Part shown: one piece after another, positions 53,212 to 61,917 of the stretch | How the letters are laid out: every line of letters starts with the position of its first letter | How positions within the stretch are numbered: the stretch's first letter is position 1 | IMG/VR virus record: IMGVR_UViG_3300046513_000221 | Span: 1-64,000 of that record | Strand: one strand, 5' to 3' | Length of the DNA stretch: 64,000 bases | The notes under the pieces: model-generated | Database searches by the model: none | Seen by the model: only the letters and a program-made list of their open reading frames with translations | What the model was told of the DNA's origin: nothing | Program-made: the position numbers and the translations under genes

Positions 53212-55176
53212 ATGAGCGGAGTCTACCATGACAAATATTTCGAGACGCTGGAACGGCGTCTCAGCCTCGTCTGCGGCGAACTCAGCGACGAGGATCGTGC
53301 AAAGCTCCGGGAGCGCATCTGGGCGATGCGCAAGCCAATCGAACTGACGATCGAAAACAACTACAAAGACACATGGATCGATACCAACTCGGAAGAGATC
53401 CTCAACATCATCTACGACAAGAAGCCGAACATCTCCGGCTATGGCGTACTGTTCAACCACAAGCCGAACATCCCCGGTCGCGTTCTGGACTTCCTGCTGA
53501 AGGAACGTAAGGTCAAGAAGAACAAGATGTTCGACCACCTGAACGACGACGACAAGACCATGTACAACAAGCTGGACGTGGAGCAGAAGGTGCTCAAGGT
53601 TCTGGCGAATGCGTACTACGGTGCGTTCGGTCAGCGTTCGTTCCACTTCTTCAATCCGTTCCTTGGTCCATCAGTGACCTACACGGGTCAGCACATCATT
53701 CTGAGCGCGATTCTCGGCTTCGAATCGTTCATGTCGGACAACTTCGCGTTCTTCACGTTCGACCAGCTGCTGAAGTACGTGGACAACATCACTCAGGAGT
53801 TCGACGCCGAGCTGACGGCTCTGGACGAGAAGGTCACCGTCGAGCAGGTGTACGCTCGTCTGTCCGGCAAGTGCAACTTCGAGCTGACCGAGGAGCAGCA
53901 GATGGTGCTGGGCGGCGTCCTCGATGACATGCCTTACACCCAGCTGGAGCGTCTGTTCCTCAAGAACAACCTGTTCTTCCTGCTGCGTAACTCCACGGAG
54001 GTGCGTGACATCTTCGGTGAGTGCTTCAGTTCGGAATTCCTCGATCCAGACCATCCTCCGAAGGAGATCGCTGAGAACGTCGAGGCACTGAACGAGTACT
54101 TCAGCTACTTCGTCTCCTATCCGTACCAGTGGGACGACAAGTACGAGACTGCGCAGAATATCAAACGCAAAACCGTGCTGATCTCCGACACGGACTCCAC
54201 ATTCCTCAATATGGATCCTGCCGTCAAGTGGTACGAGGAAACGTTTGGTGTCAAGCTTGATAAAGTGGGCAAGATCAACGTCTGCAACATCATGGTATAC
54301 AACGTTACGAAGTTCATCGAGAAGGTGTTCTACCAGCTTACGACGAACCTGAACGTGAAGGAGAACATGCGTTCGAAGATCAATATGAAATCCGAGTTCA
54401 ACTTCTCCCGGATCATCTTGACTAAGAACAAGAAGCAGTATGCAGGTCAGATCGTTCTACAAGAAGGCAAGCTGCTCGGTAAGCCCAAGTTCGCGGTCGT
54501 CGGCCTGTCAATCAAGAAGGTCGGTACTCCTAAGATCGCTCGCAAGCGGTTCAATGACATTCTCGAAAAGGACATGTTGTTGGCCGACGTCATCGATCCG
54601 CTGGTACCGTTCATGAAGTTCATGGAGTTCGAGCGCGACATCAACAACTCGCTCCGGGCCGGTGAGTCGAGCTTCCTGAAACCGGCGCGCTTCACCGCTG
54701 AACGCGCCTACAAGAAGCCATTCACTCAGCAGACCGTTCGCGGCGTACGCCTCTGGAATGCTATCTTCCCCAACAGGAAGATCCCTAACTTCACCTCCGT
54801 CAATATGCTGAAGCTGCGTAAGTACTCGCTGCCGAAGTTCGAAGTGGACAAGGATGGCGAACCGGTAGAGAACGTCAACAAGGAAGTCGACATTCTGGAA
54901 TTCATGGAGGAGATTGCTAAGCTGAATCTCGCCGAGAATATTCTGGAGGGCATCGCCGAGTTCATCCAGACCCCGGAGATCGGCAACTACGGCATCGACG
55001 TGATCGCCATTCCGAAGGACATCGACCAGTTCCCGGAGGAGCTGGTTCCTCTGGCCGACATCAGTTCCATCATCAACGACAACATGAAGAATGGTAACAT
55101 CCTTCTGGAGTCCATTGGGTTCAAGGTAATCAAGAGCCTGAAGTACGATACGGTGAGTAACATCATCGAGATCTAA
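53212..55176 (+). CDS. polB: family B DNA polymerase, C-terminal subunit (fingers motif B, palm motif C, thumb), 654 aa
   Basis: QKVLKVLANAYYG (motif B), ISDTDS (motif C), KNKKQYAG and GLSIKK. Confidence 0.9.
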   Translation: MSGVYHDKYFETLERRLSLVCGELSDEDRAKLRERIWAMRKPIELTIENNYKDTWIDTNSEEILNIIYDKKPNISGYGVLFNHKPNIPGRVLDFLLKERKVKKNKMFDHLNDDDKTMYNKLDVEQKVLKVLANAYYGAFGQRSFHFFNPFLGPSVTYTGQHIILSAILGFESFMSDNFAFFTFDQLLKYVDNITQEFDAELTALDEKVTVEQVYARLSGKCNFELTEEQQMVLGGVLDDMPYTQLERLFLKNNLFFLLRNSTEVRDIFGECFSSEFLDPDHPPKEIAENVEALNEYFSYFVSYPYQWDDKYETAQNIKRKTVLISDTDSTFLNMDPAVKWYEETFGVKLDKVGKINVCNIMVYNVTKFIEKVFYQLTTNLNVKENMRSKINMKSEFNFSRIILTKNKKQYAGQIVLQEGKLLGKPKFAVVGLSIKKVGTPKIARKRFNDILEKDMLLADVIDPLVPFMKFMEFERDINNSLRAGESSFLKPARFTAERAYKKPFTQQTVRGVRLWNAIFPNRKIPNFTSVNMLKLRKYSLPKFEVDKDGEPVENVNKEVDILEFMEEIAKLNLAENILEGIAEFIQTPEIGNYGIDVIAIPKDIDQFPEELVPLADISSIINDNMKNGNILLESIGFKVIKSLKYDTVSNIIEI

Positions 55177-55182
55177 CCGTCA

Positions 55183-55215
55183 GGGAGGGGCTTCGGCCTC
55201 TCCCTTTCTTTTTTT
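55183..55215 (+). terminator. intrinsic terminator
   Basis: GGGAGGGG-cttcgg-CCTCTCCC followed by a long T tract. Confidence 0.8.
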
Positions 55216-55236
55216 TTTTATGACAGAAAACTAAAA

Positions 55237-55674
55237 ATGAACCAAGTCACAGTAATCAATCCCGACCTGTCCAACATCGATCTGGTCGCGGACCAAGCAA
55301 ACAGAATCAAGATCAGCGCTATGGTCACCTACTTCGAGACCGACGAGGGAAAGATTCTGTTACAGGAACTCAACGCCAAGAAGTTCGAATACGTCCTCGT
55401 CAACGAGGCGGAGACGAATCTGGTTGATCCGACCTTCGAGGGTAACATCGTGAACTCCGCCATCAACGTTATCACGGATGGCGAGACTTCCATGTACTCC
55501 CTCATGCAGGAGCCGGATCGCAACAAGATCGTCAGGATCTACTTCCTGCCCTACGCTACAACCTCGTCGGTCTTCCGGGAGTTCATCGACGAGTACCTGT
55601 CCGATGATGGTCTGGACGACGAGGATGAGATCTACACGCCTCCCTACATGGTCGAAGGCAAGTACCTGAACTAA
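55237..55674 (+). CDS. acidic hypothetical protein, 145 aa
   Basis: Biased ORF followed by a hairpin at 55678-55714. Confidence 0.65.
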   Translation: MNQVTVINPDLSNIDLVADQANRIKISAMVTYFETDEGKILLQELNAKKFEYVLVNEAETNLVDPTFEGNIVNSAINVITDGETSMYSLMQEPDRNKIVRIYFLPYATTSSVFREFIDEYLSDDGLDDEDEIYTPPYMVEGKYLN

Positions 55675-55747
55675 ACGAAAACCGGGATGAGCTCACTTTG
55701 GCTCATCCCGGTTTAATACTCTACCTATCGATTTACGGCCATCAGCC

Positions 55748-55759
55748 AACATAAGAATA
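55748..55759 (+). promoter_or_regulatory. putative late promoter AACA-N6-TA
   Basis: AACAtaagaaTA heading the portal operon. Confidence 0.7.
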
Positions 55760-55781
55760 ACCTAATTCCAATGGAATACCT

Positions 55782-56294
55782 ATGCAAAACGTATCCGAAC
55801 TGAAGGGAACCTTCGATCGGCTTCCGGTATCAACAGGCAACTACTCCCTCTACGAGCGGCTGCTAGCTCTCGACCAGAGCGTCTTCAAGCCTCTGATGGA
55901 AGAGATCCTCGCCGGAAGACTGGATATCGAGGATACCCGCCCTCTCTTCAACGTAAACATCCGGGAGATCGTCAGCGCCGCTGAGAAGATCTCGACCAAC
56001 AAGATCATTCAGACGCCAGATGACCTGCGCCGGAACCTTGTCAACCGCGTTTTCAGTCCCAACGATGTGATCAAGGAAGTGACTCTTCCAAGAATCGACA
56101 TCATGGATCTCAAGATGCAGATCTCGGAGCAGTACACCGCTAAGACCGGTGACGTACTGACCGACGCCCAGATGCAAGTCATCCTCGTGGCCGTAGACCT
56201 GACGAGAGACATCTCCGCTACAAGCGGTAGCTCGAAGGAAGAACAGCAGATCTACGTCAACGCAATGTCAGCCAAACCACTTACGGAGTTCTAA
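55782..56294 (+). CDS. late hypothetical (probable virion) protein, 170 aa
   Basis: In the late operon with portal. Confidence 0.65.
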   Translation: MQNVSELKGTFDRLPVSTGNYSLYERLLALDQSVFKPLMEEILAGRLDIEDTRPLFNVNIREIVSAAEKISTNKIIQTPDDLRRNLVNRVFSPNDVIKEVTLPRIDIMDLKMQISEQYTAKTGDVLTDAQMQVILVAVDLTRDISATSGSSKEEQQIYVNAMSAKPLTEF

Positions 56295-57338
56295 ATGTCC
56301 GCAGAATTACTCATCACCCAGAACGAACTCGATCAGTACCTCGCCGGTCTCGATCTGAGTACGGCCCTGAACAACCGCGTCTTCAACGCCATCCAGCTCC
56401 TAACGGCGTCGCTGTACAACGATACACTGTACTACCTTGTCATCGGCAAGCTGACGCCGGAGCGTCTGGACACGATCCCGATCAACAATGCTTCCATCAA
56501 GGTATTGCTGGACAGCCTGTCCGGTGCCGACGAGAGCGTCCTCGCACGCAAGCGTGTGTACGAGAAGTTCCATGATGATCTGCCGCTGTATCGCGGATTC
56601 ATCAAGAAAATGAATCAGACCTCGCCGCAGTTCTTCTTCCGTATGCAGCAGCCCAACACGAACTTCATCACGGAGCTGACCCTCGACAAGACGGGTCTTG
56701 ACCCGACGAAGTTTACCGGTCTCTTCGAGACCAAGACCAAGTACAACCAGATCATCGCCCAGACTCGCCTGAGTGCCGAGTACGTGGAGCTGGCCGCTTA
56801 CGCCCAGACCCACAGCTTCTCCCGGCTCCTGACCTTGATCGAGAACGAGCTGAACGCCTTCCGGCTGATTACCGTCGTGAACACCTCTGTTCAGAGTCAG
56901 ATTCCCGCTGACACCAGTCTGCTCGGGTACATCCTGCGCGGCGTGTTCACGGATCCTTTCCGCGTCGGTTTCATCGACAACATCAACTACGCGCTGATGC
57001 GCATGGTGGACAAGTACGATCAGGACACGTCGAAGACGGGGGTTGTCGGTATCAAGAACGCATGGTTGACGGACACTTGGGAGAATGTGTTCCTCTCACA
57101 AACCAGTGCCGAATTCATTGAGAAATTGGGTCGTACGTCGTACATCCGCTACGTACTTCCCAATGTCTACGGAACGGTCTACTTCACCCCCGACGAGATC
57201 GCGGCCGAATCCGCTGCGCACAGTACGATCATTTCCGGCGTGGAGACATCCAGTGGCGTGATGGATTTGGCTTACAAGTACCTGATAAAGGTGGTGATCC
57301 AGATCCGCCTCAACATGACACCGCTGTCGGTCATCTAA
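56295..57338 (+). CDS. late hypothetical (probable virion) protein, 347 aa
   Basis: Abuts the upstream stop; late operon. Confidence 0.7.
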   Translation: MSAELLITQNELDQYLAGLDLSTALNNRVFNAIQLLTASLYNDTLYYLVIGKLTPERLDTIPINNASIKVLLDSLSGADESVLARKRVYEKFHDDLPLYRGFIKKMNQTSPQFFFRMQQPNTNFITELTLDKTGLDPTKFTGLFETKTKYNQIIAQTRLSAEYVELAAYAQTHSFSRLLTLIENELNAFRLITVVNTSVQSQIPADTSLLGYILRGVFTDPFRVGFIDNINYALMRMVDKYDQDTSKTGVVGIKNAWLTDTWENVFLSQTSAEFIEKLGRTSYIRYVLPNVYGTVYFTPDEIAAESAAHSTIISGVETSSGVMDLAYKYLIKVVIQIRLNMTPLSVI

Positions 57339-57348
57339 GGAGAAAAGA

Positions 57349-58410
57349 ATGACTTTAACCAAAGAGCAACTGCGGGCTTTCGTGGACGATCAGATCAACT
57401 CCCGGAACTTCCTGCTGTTCGCTAAGCTGCTCAACATCGGCAACCAGACGAACTTCCAGCGCGTAGTGGAGCTGCTGTACAACAACCAGATCAACTACTT
57501 CATGCTGAATGATCTGAGGATCATCGACGACCAGAGCATCTCGAACTTCCTCGCTCAGTACGATCTGAACGCCAACCCGACCATCCTGTTCGCCGCCGGG
57601 AACGGCGTCTTCATCGCGGAGCGGTGGCTTTCGGGACGGTTCGACGGCAAGGCCTTCGACTACATCAACGATGTCATCACCGCATTCAACTCCGGTGCGA
57701 ACGACAACTACCTCAACGATCGCAAGTACGTCCAGATCAAGCGTCCGGCTGTGCTGGTCGGGGATAAGGACTTCCGCTCTTACAGTTCCGATGTGGAGCT
57801 GCGAAACTCGTTCCATGAGAAGGTGGTCCTCCCACTGCTGGCGAAGTACGGCGTGACTGACATCCGCCAGCTGTTCCCCCTCAGCGCGGCTTATCCGGTC
57901 ACATCGCCGTTCCCGACCTCGATTCAGGGCAAGTACGAGTCGATCTTCGGCAGTATCCTGCCCTACCTGAACAACGCCGACCTCATCCGCGTCTTCCTGA
58001 CGGTGAACGACGATAGCTCGATGCTCGACCGCTTCCTCGTCGAGATGACTGAGATCAGTAACTTCCAGACCGTCAGCGAATCGACCATGAGCACCCACAG
58101 GTTCCACCTGTTTGAGCTCTCCGCGATCCAGCGTCCCTACAACGACGTGGAGACTAGCCTTCAGGAGCGGAACCTGCACGAGTTCCGTTTTCCTGTGGCT
58201 AAACTCTCGGAGAACTTCTCGCAAATGATGTACAGTGCAGAGTTGGTGCGACTGGCGAAGGCATACGGCGGTGACGCCGAGTACTTCAATAGCTACATCG
58301 CAGATCTGAAGGGGTTGGCTGCAACTATCATGAAATTCAATGAGTTTGCGAAGGATGTGTACGCTAACATCTTAAATAGTATTAAACTAATCAACTCGAA
58401 CGGAAATTAG
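57349..58410 (+). CDS. late hypothetical (probable virion) protein, 353 aa
   Basis: AAGGAG RBS; directly upstream of portal. Confidence 0.7.
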   Translation: MTLTKEQLRAFVDDQINSRNFLLFAKLLNIGNQTNFQRVVELLYNNQINYFMLNDLRIIDDQSISNFLAQYDLNANPTILFAAGNGVFIAERWLSGRFDGKAFDYINDVITAFNSGANDNYLNDRKYVQIKRPAVLVGDKDFRSYSSDVELRNSFHEKVVLPLLAKYGVTDIRQLFPLSAAYPVTSPFPTSIQGKYESIFGSILPYLNNADLIRVFLTVNDDSSMLDRFLVEMTEISNFQTVSESTMSTHRFHLFELSAIQRPYNDVETSLQERNLHEFRFPVAKLSENFSQMMYSAELVRLAKAYGGDAEYFNSYIADLKGLAATIMKFNEFAKDVYANILNSIKLINSNGN

Positions 58411-58415
58411 TTGCA

Positions 58416-60878
58416 ATGAAAAAGAATTCGGACCAAAAACTGAAGGTCAGCGCAAGCGCCGTCAAGGCCTTGGAGTCGCTCTCGAAGAGCAACAACAAGC
58501 TTTTGACCGCGCAGGACGGTATCCCTGATATCATGCTCAACGCCGGTTCCAAGACCGAGCGGCTGGGCAAGAACCTCAACTCCGTCATCGCCAGAGCCTA
58601 TAACAACTTCGTGGGACTGGGACAGGACGTCAACGCCCATGAGGTGAACCAACTGCTGGCGCTCTCGAAACGTAAGGGCGACAAGCGTTCCACCAACGTG
58701 AAGAAGCAGCTGGAGGATTTCAAGAAATCCGTCGGCACCAACGACCAAGCCGCGATGCTCGTGCAGCAACGCAAGACCTACAAGGCTAGTCTCTACAGCT
58801 CTTACGACCTCATCCTCAACATCATCCCCAAGATGAAGCTGGCAGTCAACACGATCGCCAACAGCATCATCTCTCCGGACGACTTCAGCAAGCACAGCTT
58901 CGCCTCGATGTTCAACGAGACCCGGATGAGCAAGGAGAACATCGATGTGACCAAGGAGCGGGTCAAGGATCTGCTCAAGAAGCACAAGATCGAGGACGAG
59001 CTGAAGGCCGATGTGGTTGACGCACTCGTCAAGGGCGAGAAGTTCTTCGCCGTCCTTTCCATGAACGACGAGATCAAGTCGCTCCTGAAGGAGAATGCCG
59101 ACACCGAGAAGGATGGTGGCTACGAGACCCTCAAGGGTTCCTGCGGCTCCATGCTCAACGAGGCGGCAATGCATCGCGACGAGGGCTACATGGTCGAGGA
59201 AGGCCTCGCCCTCTTCAGCGAGAGCAAGGACGAGAAAGATCAGACCAAGGTCGCCGAGAAGCGCAAGAAGTTCGTGGACGACCTCGACGAGTTCCTGCAC
59301 GAGAACCTGATCATCGGCGACAGCAAGAACTTCCTCGCAGAGCATCTGGAGCAGGAAACCGAACTCAACGAGAGCGCGATCTTCCAGCGCTACAGCCAGA
59401 ACGCAAATGACACGCCAGAGAAGACGGATACTACTTCCGGCCTCGACGGTCTGCGTCTCAGCACCGACAGCGCAGTGCTGAAGCGTCTGGATGCCGACAA
59501 CGTGGTCAAACTGGAGTACGATGGTCGTACCTACGGCTATATCTACCTCGATGTGGTCAAGTCAGACAAGAACGACAAGACCACCAAGCCGGGTGCCGCA
59601 AGCAGCTCCGGTGGCATGATGGCGGGTAACTCCAACAGCGTGACCTCGTCGATTCAGGGTGTCCTGTACTCGGCCAACGATGTCGATCGCGGCATCAACA
59701 ATACCGGTCAAAAATCCGGTCAGGTTCTGAACGATCCGAAGCTGGCGTTCATCGCCGATGCCTTCGTGAATCGTCTGAGCCAGAAGGAAAACATCCGTCT
59801 GATCCGGAAGAACGAGCAGCTGAAATACATGATCTACCATTCGCTGATCACGAAGCGGATCACGAAGGACGAGAAGATGCGCATCATCTTCTTCTCGGCG
59901 AATGAAGTCGTTCACATCGACCGCAAAGAATCGATCTTCGACAACATTCTCTTCTTCGCGAAGATGTACATCGCGACCCTGATCACCATTCTGATGCAGA
60001 ACATCGTACGCGGCGCAGACAAGCGCGCCTACTACATCGACATCGGCTTGGAGAACGACGCCGCCAACGCGGTGAACGACGTGATCCGGAGCGTGAAGGC
60101 CAAGGACATCGCTAACCTCCACAACATGGACATCGGTTCCGTGCTGAACGTCCTCGGCGAGTTCAACGACTACTACATGCCGACCATCGACGGCGAGAAG
60201 CCTATCACGATGGAGACGATCGAGGGTCTGAGCAACGTATCGCTCGACAACGATTTCCTCAACTGGCTGTCCAACAATATCTTCTCCGGTATCGGTCTGC
60301 CATCGGCGTACCTGACCGAAGTCGAGAACGTGGACTTCGCCAAGACGCTGGGTATGCAGTCGGCACGCTTCATCCGCGACATCATCGCGGAGCAGATCAT
60401 CTTCGGCAAGGGCTACTCCGAGTTGCTGCAGAAGCTGTACCTGATCGAGCACGGCGACCCTCGCAAGAAGGCCGCTGCTGCCAAGTCGGACGGCTCGACC
60501 CCGGAAGATGGAAAGAAGAGCAAGGAGAAAGACGACGATGTGCTGTTGGACATTGAGTCCCTCTGCGTCAAGTTCCCCTCCCCGGTCAGTCTCAACATGA
60601 CCAACCTGAACGACCAGCTGAACAACCTCAACATGCTCGTCGAGACCCTCGGCGACATCATCGATGTACCGGAGGCCGACAAGGCCATCGGTCAGACCGC
60701 ATTCAAGCGAGAAATGTACAAGAAATTCTTGTCCAACCTCGACTGGGAAGCGGTGGAGGAGATCATGAAGAAGGTCCAGCAGGAGGTGATCAAATCTAAG
60801 CTGAATCCGGCTAATGCCCCGGCAGATGCAGCTCCACCTGCGGGAGCGGACGACGGCAGCGAAGACGACGCACCATAA
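58416..60878 (+). CDS. portal protein (T4 gp20-like), 820 aa
   Basis: RGADKRAYYIDIG, NDYYMPTIDGEKPITMETIEG and NIFSGIGLPSAYL parallel the gp20 motifs RAPERRVFYIDVG, EDYWLP...TLPG and L.VP.SR. Confidence 0.85.
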   Translation: MKKNSDQKLKVSASAVKALESLSKSNNKLLTAQDGIPDIMLNAGSKTERLGKNLNSVIARAYNNFVGLGQDVNAHEVNQLLALSKRKGDKRSTNVKKQLEDFKKSVGTNDQAAMLVQQRKTYKASLYSSYDLILNIIPKMKLAVNTIANSIISPDDFSKHSFASMFNETRMSKENIDVTKERVKDLLKKHKIEDELKADVVDALVKGEKFFAVLSMNDEIKSLLKENADTEKDGGYETLKGSCGSMLNEAAMHRDEGYMVEEGLALFSESKDEKDQTKVAEKRKKFVDDLDEFLHENLIIGDSKNFLAEHLEQETELNESAIFQRYSQNANDTPEKTDTTSGLDGLRLSTDSAVLKRLDADNVVKLEYDGRTYGYIYLDVVKSDKNDKTTKPGAASSSGGMMAGNSNSVTSSIQGVLYSANDVDRGINNTGQKSGQVLNDPKLAFIADAFVNRLSQKENIRLIRKNEQLKYMIYHSLITKRITKDEKMRIIFFSANEVVHIDRKESIFDNILFFAKMYIATLITILMQNIVRGADKRAYYIDIGLENDAANAVNDVIRSVKAKDIANLHNMDIGSVLNVLGEFNDYYMPTIDGEKPITMETIEGLSNVSLDNDFLNWLSNNIFSGIGLPSAYLTEVENVDFAKTLGMQSARFIRDIIAEQIIFGKGYSELLQKLYLIEHGDPRKKAAAAKSDGSTPEDGKKSKEKDDDVLLDIESLCVKFPSPVSLNMTNLNDQLNNLNMLVETLGDIIDVPEADKAIGQTAFKREMYKKFLSNLDWEAVEEIMKKVQQEVIKSKLNPANAPADAAPPAGADDGSEDDAP

Positions 60879-60889
60879 GAAGTAATGTA

Positions 60890-61046
60890 AACCCCCATAG
60901 ACCGATTAAGGTCTATGGGGATTCTTACACAAGCTTACGTCCATCGTCAGCATTTTTAGCGCGGAGGCTACAGGTCGATGCGCAAGGCTTCCTCTAAGGA
61001 GCAACAGGTTGGGCGCAGACGCTGCGAGTCCACCGCGACAGGGACT
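60890..61046 (-). ncRNA. candidate ~150-nt late small RNA
   Basis: Perfect late promoter (61046-61057) followed by no ORF with an RBS, ending at a hairpin; the 5' and 3' ends can pair. Confidence 0.45.
60891..60921. terminator. bidirectional terminator-like hairpin
   Basis: CCCCATAGACC-gattaa-GGTCTATGGGG. Confidence 0.75.
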
Positions 61047-61057
61047 ATAGGTATGTT
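61046..61057 (-). promoter_or_regulatory. putative late promoter AACA-N6-TA
   Basis: AACAtacctaTA downstream of the tail-tube terminator. Confidence 0.6.
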
Positions 61058-61069
61058 AGGAACTGAAAC

Positions 61070-61106
61070 TGAAGAGCCAATAGACCCCGGAGGATCTATT
61101 GGCTTT
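61070..61106 (-). terminator. terminator of the sheath-tube operon
   Basis: AGCCAATAGACC / GGATCTATTGGCT hairpin. Confidence 0.65.
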
Positions 61107-61114
61107 CAGTCCGA

Positions 61115-61897
61115 TTAGGCCGAAGGGACCGAGGTTGCTACCTCGCTCATGTTCAGGTAATCGTTCTCGTTGTAGAACTTGTAGGTGGACGACTGCGACA
61201 TCTGGGAAGCTGCGAATTTCTCCACAGCGCCGCCGATGTTCATGTAACCCTTGAAGTCCTGTGTCGGCTCGGCGAACTCATGCGAACCCGATTCGAAGTT
61301 GAAGTGGTCCAGGATGATCTTCGTCGGCATGACGTTGGTGTACAGCGCAGCGAACTCGATGTTCGAGCCGTCCGGGCCGTTGCCGAAGTTGTCGGCGTCG
61401 GGACGCGTGACAACGTACAGCAGAATGCCGGTGTGGTTCGACGAGTGGTACGCCAGACCCGATTTCTTCGGATAGGTAGCGATACCCGTCTTCGGATCAC
61501 GGATGCCGGAAACCCACTCGTTGTAGTACTTGGTCTCAGGCGAGCCGGACTTTTCCTGATACTTCAGGGAGAAGCCTTCGGCCTTCTGGACGGTACCCTT
61601 CGCGTGCGAGGTCTCGTTGTTGGTGAAGCCCGACGTGATAGCGCCGGTATCCATCGTCATGTCGCTCAGGCCCGACAGAGCCTTGAAGTTGCGCTCGGAC
61701 AGCTGCTTGAACTCGCGGCCCTCGTCGGTGCCGATCCATTTAGGGACTTTGATCCACTTGATGAATGCGTAACCGGAGACGTACGGGTCTTTGGTGTTTT
61801 CGCCGGTGGCGACGTAGCCGTTGAAGAACGACGCCAGACCGGGATCGACCTTGTGGCTGGTGAGCGAGGTGTCGCGCACCATGTTATCGTTTGCCAT
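61115..61897 (-). CDS. tail tube protein, 260 aa
   Basis: Directly downstream of the sheath gene; DPYVSGYAFIKW, EKSGSP..YYNEW..GIRDP.TG, IE.AALYTNVMP pattern. Confidence 0.7.
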   Translation of the reverse strand: MANDNMVRDTSLTSHKVDPGLASFFNGYVATGENTKDPYVSGYAFIKWIKVPKWIGTDEGREFKQLSERNFKALSGLSDMTMDTGAITSGFTNNETSHAKGTVQKAEGFSLKYQEKSGSPETKYYNEWVSGIRDPKTGIATYPKKSGLAYHSSNHTGILLYVVTRPDADNFGNGPDGSNIEFAALYTNVMPTKIILDHFNFESGSHEFAEPTQDFKGYMNIGGAVEKFAASQMSQSSTYKFYNENDYLNMSEVATSVPSA

Positions 61898-61917
61898 TTC
61901 GATGACCTTTCTGCTGA

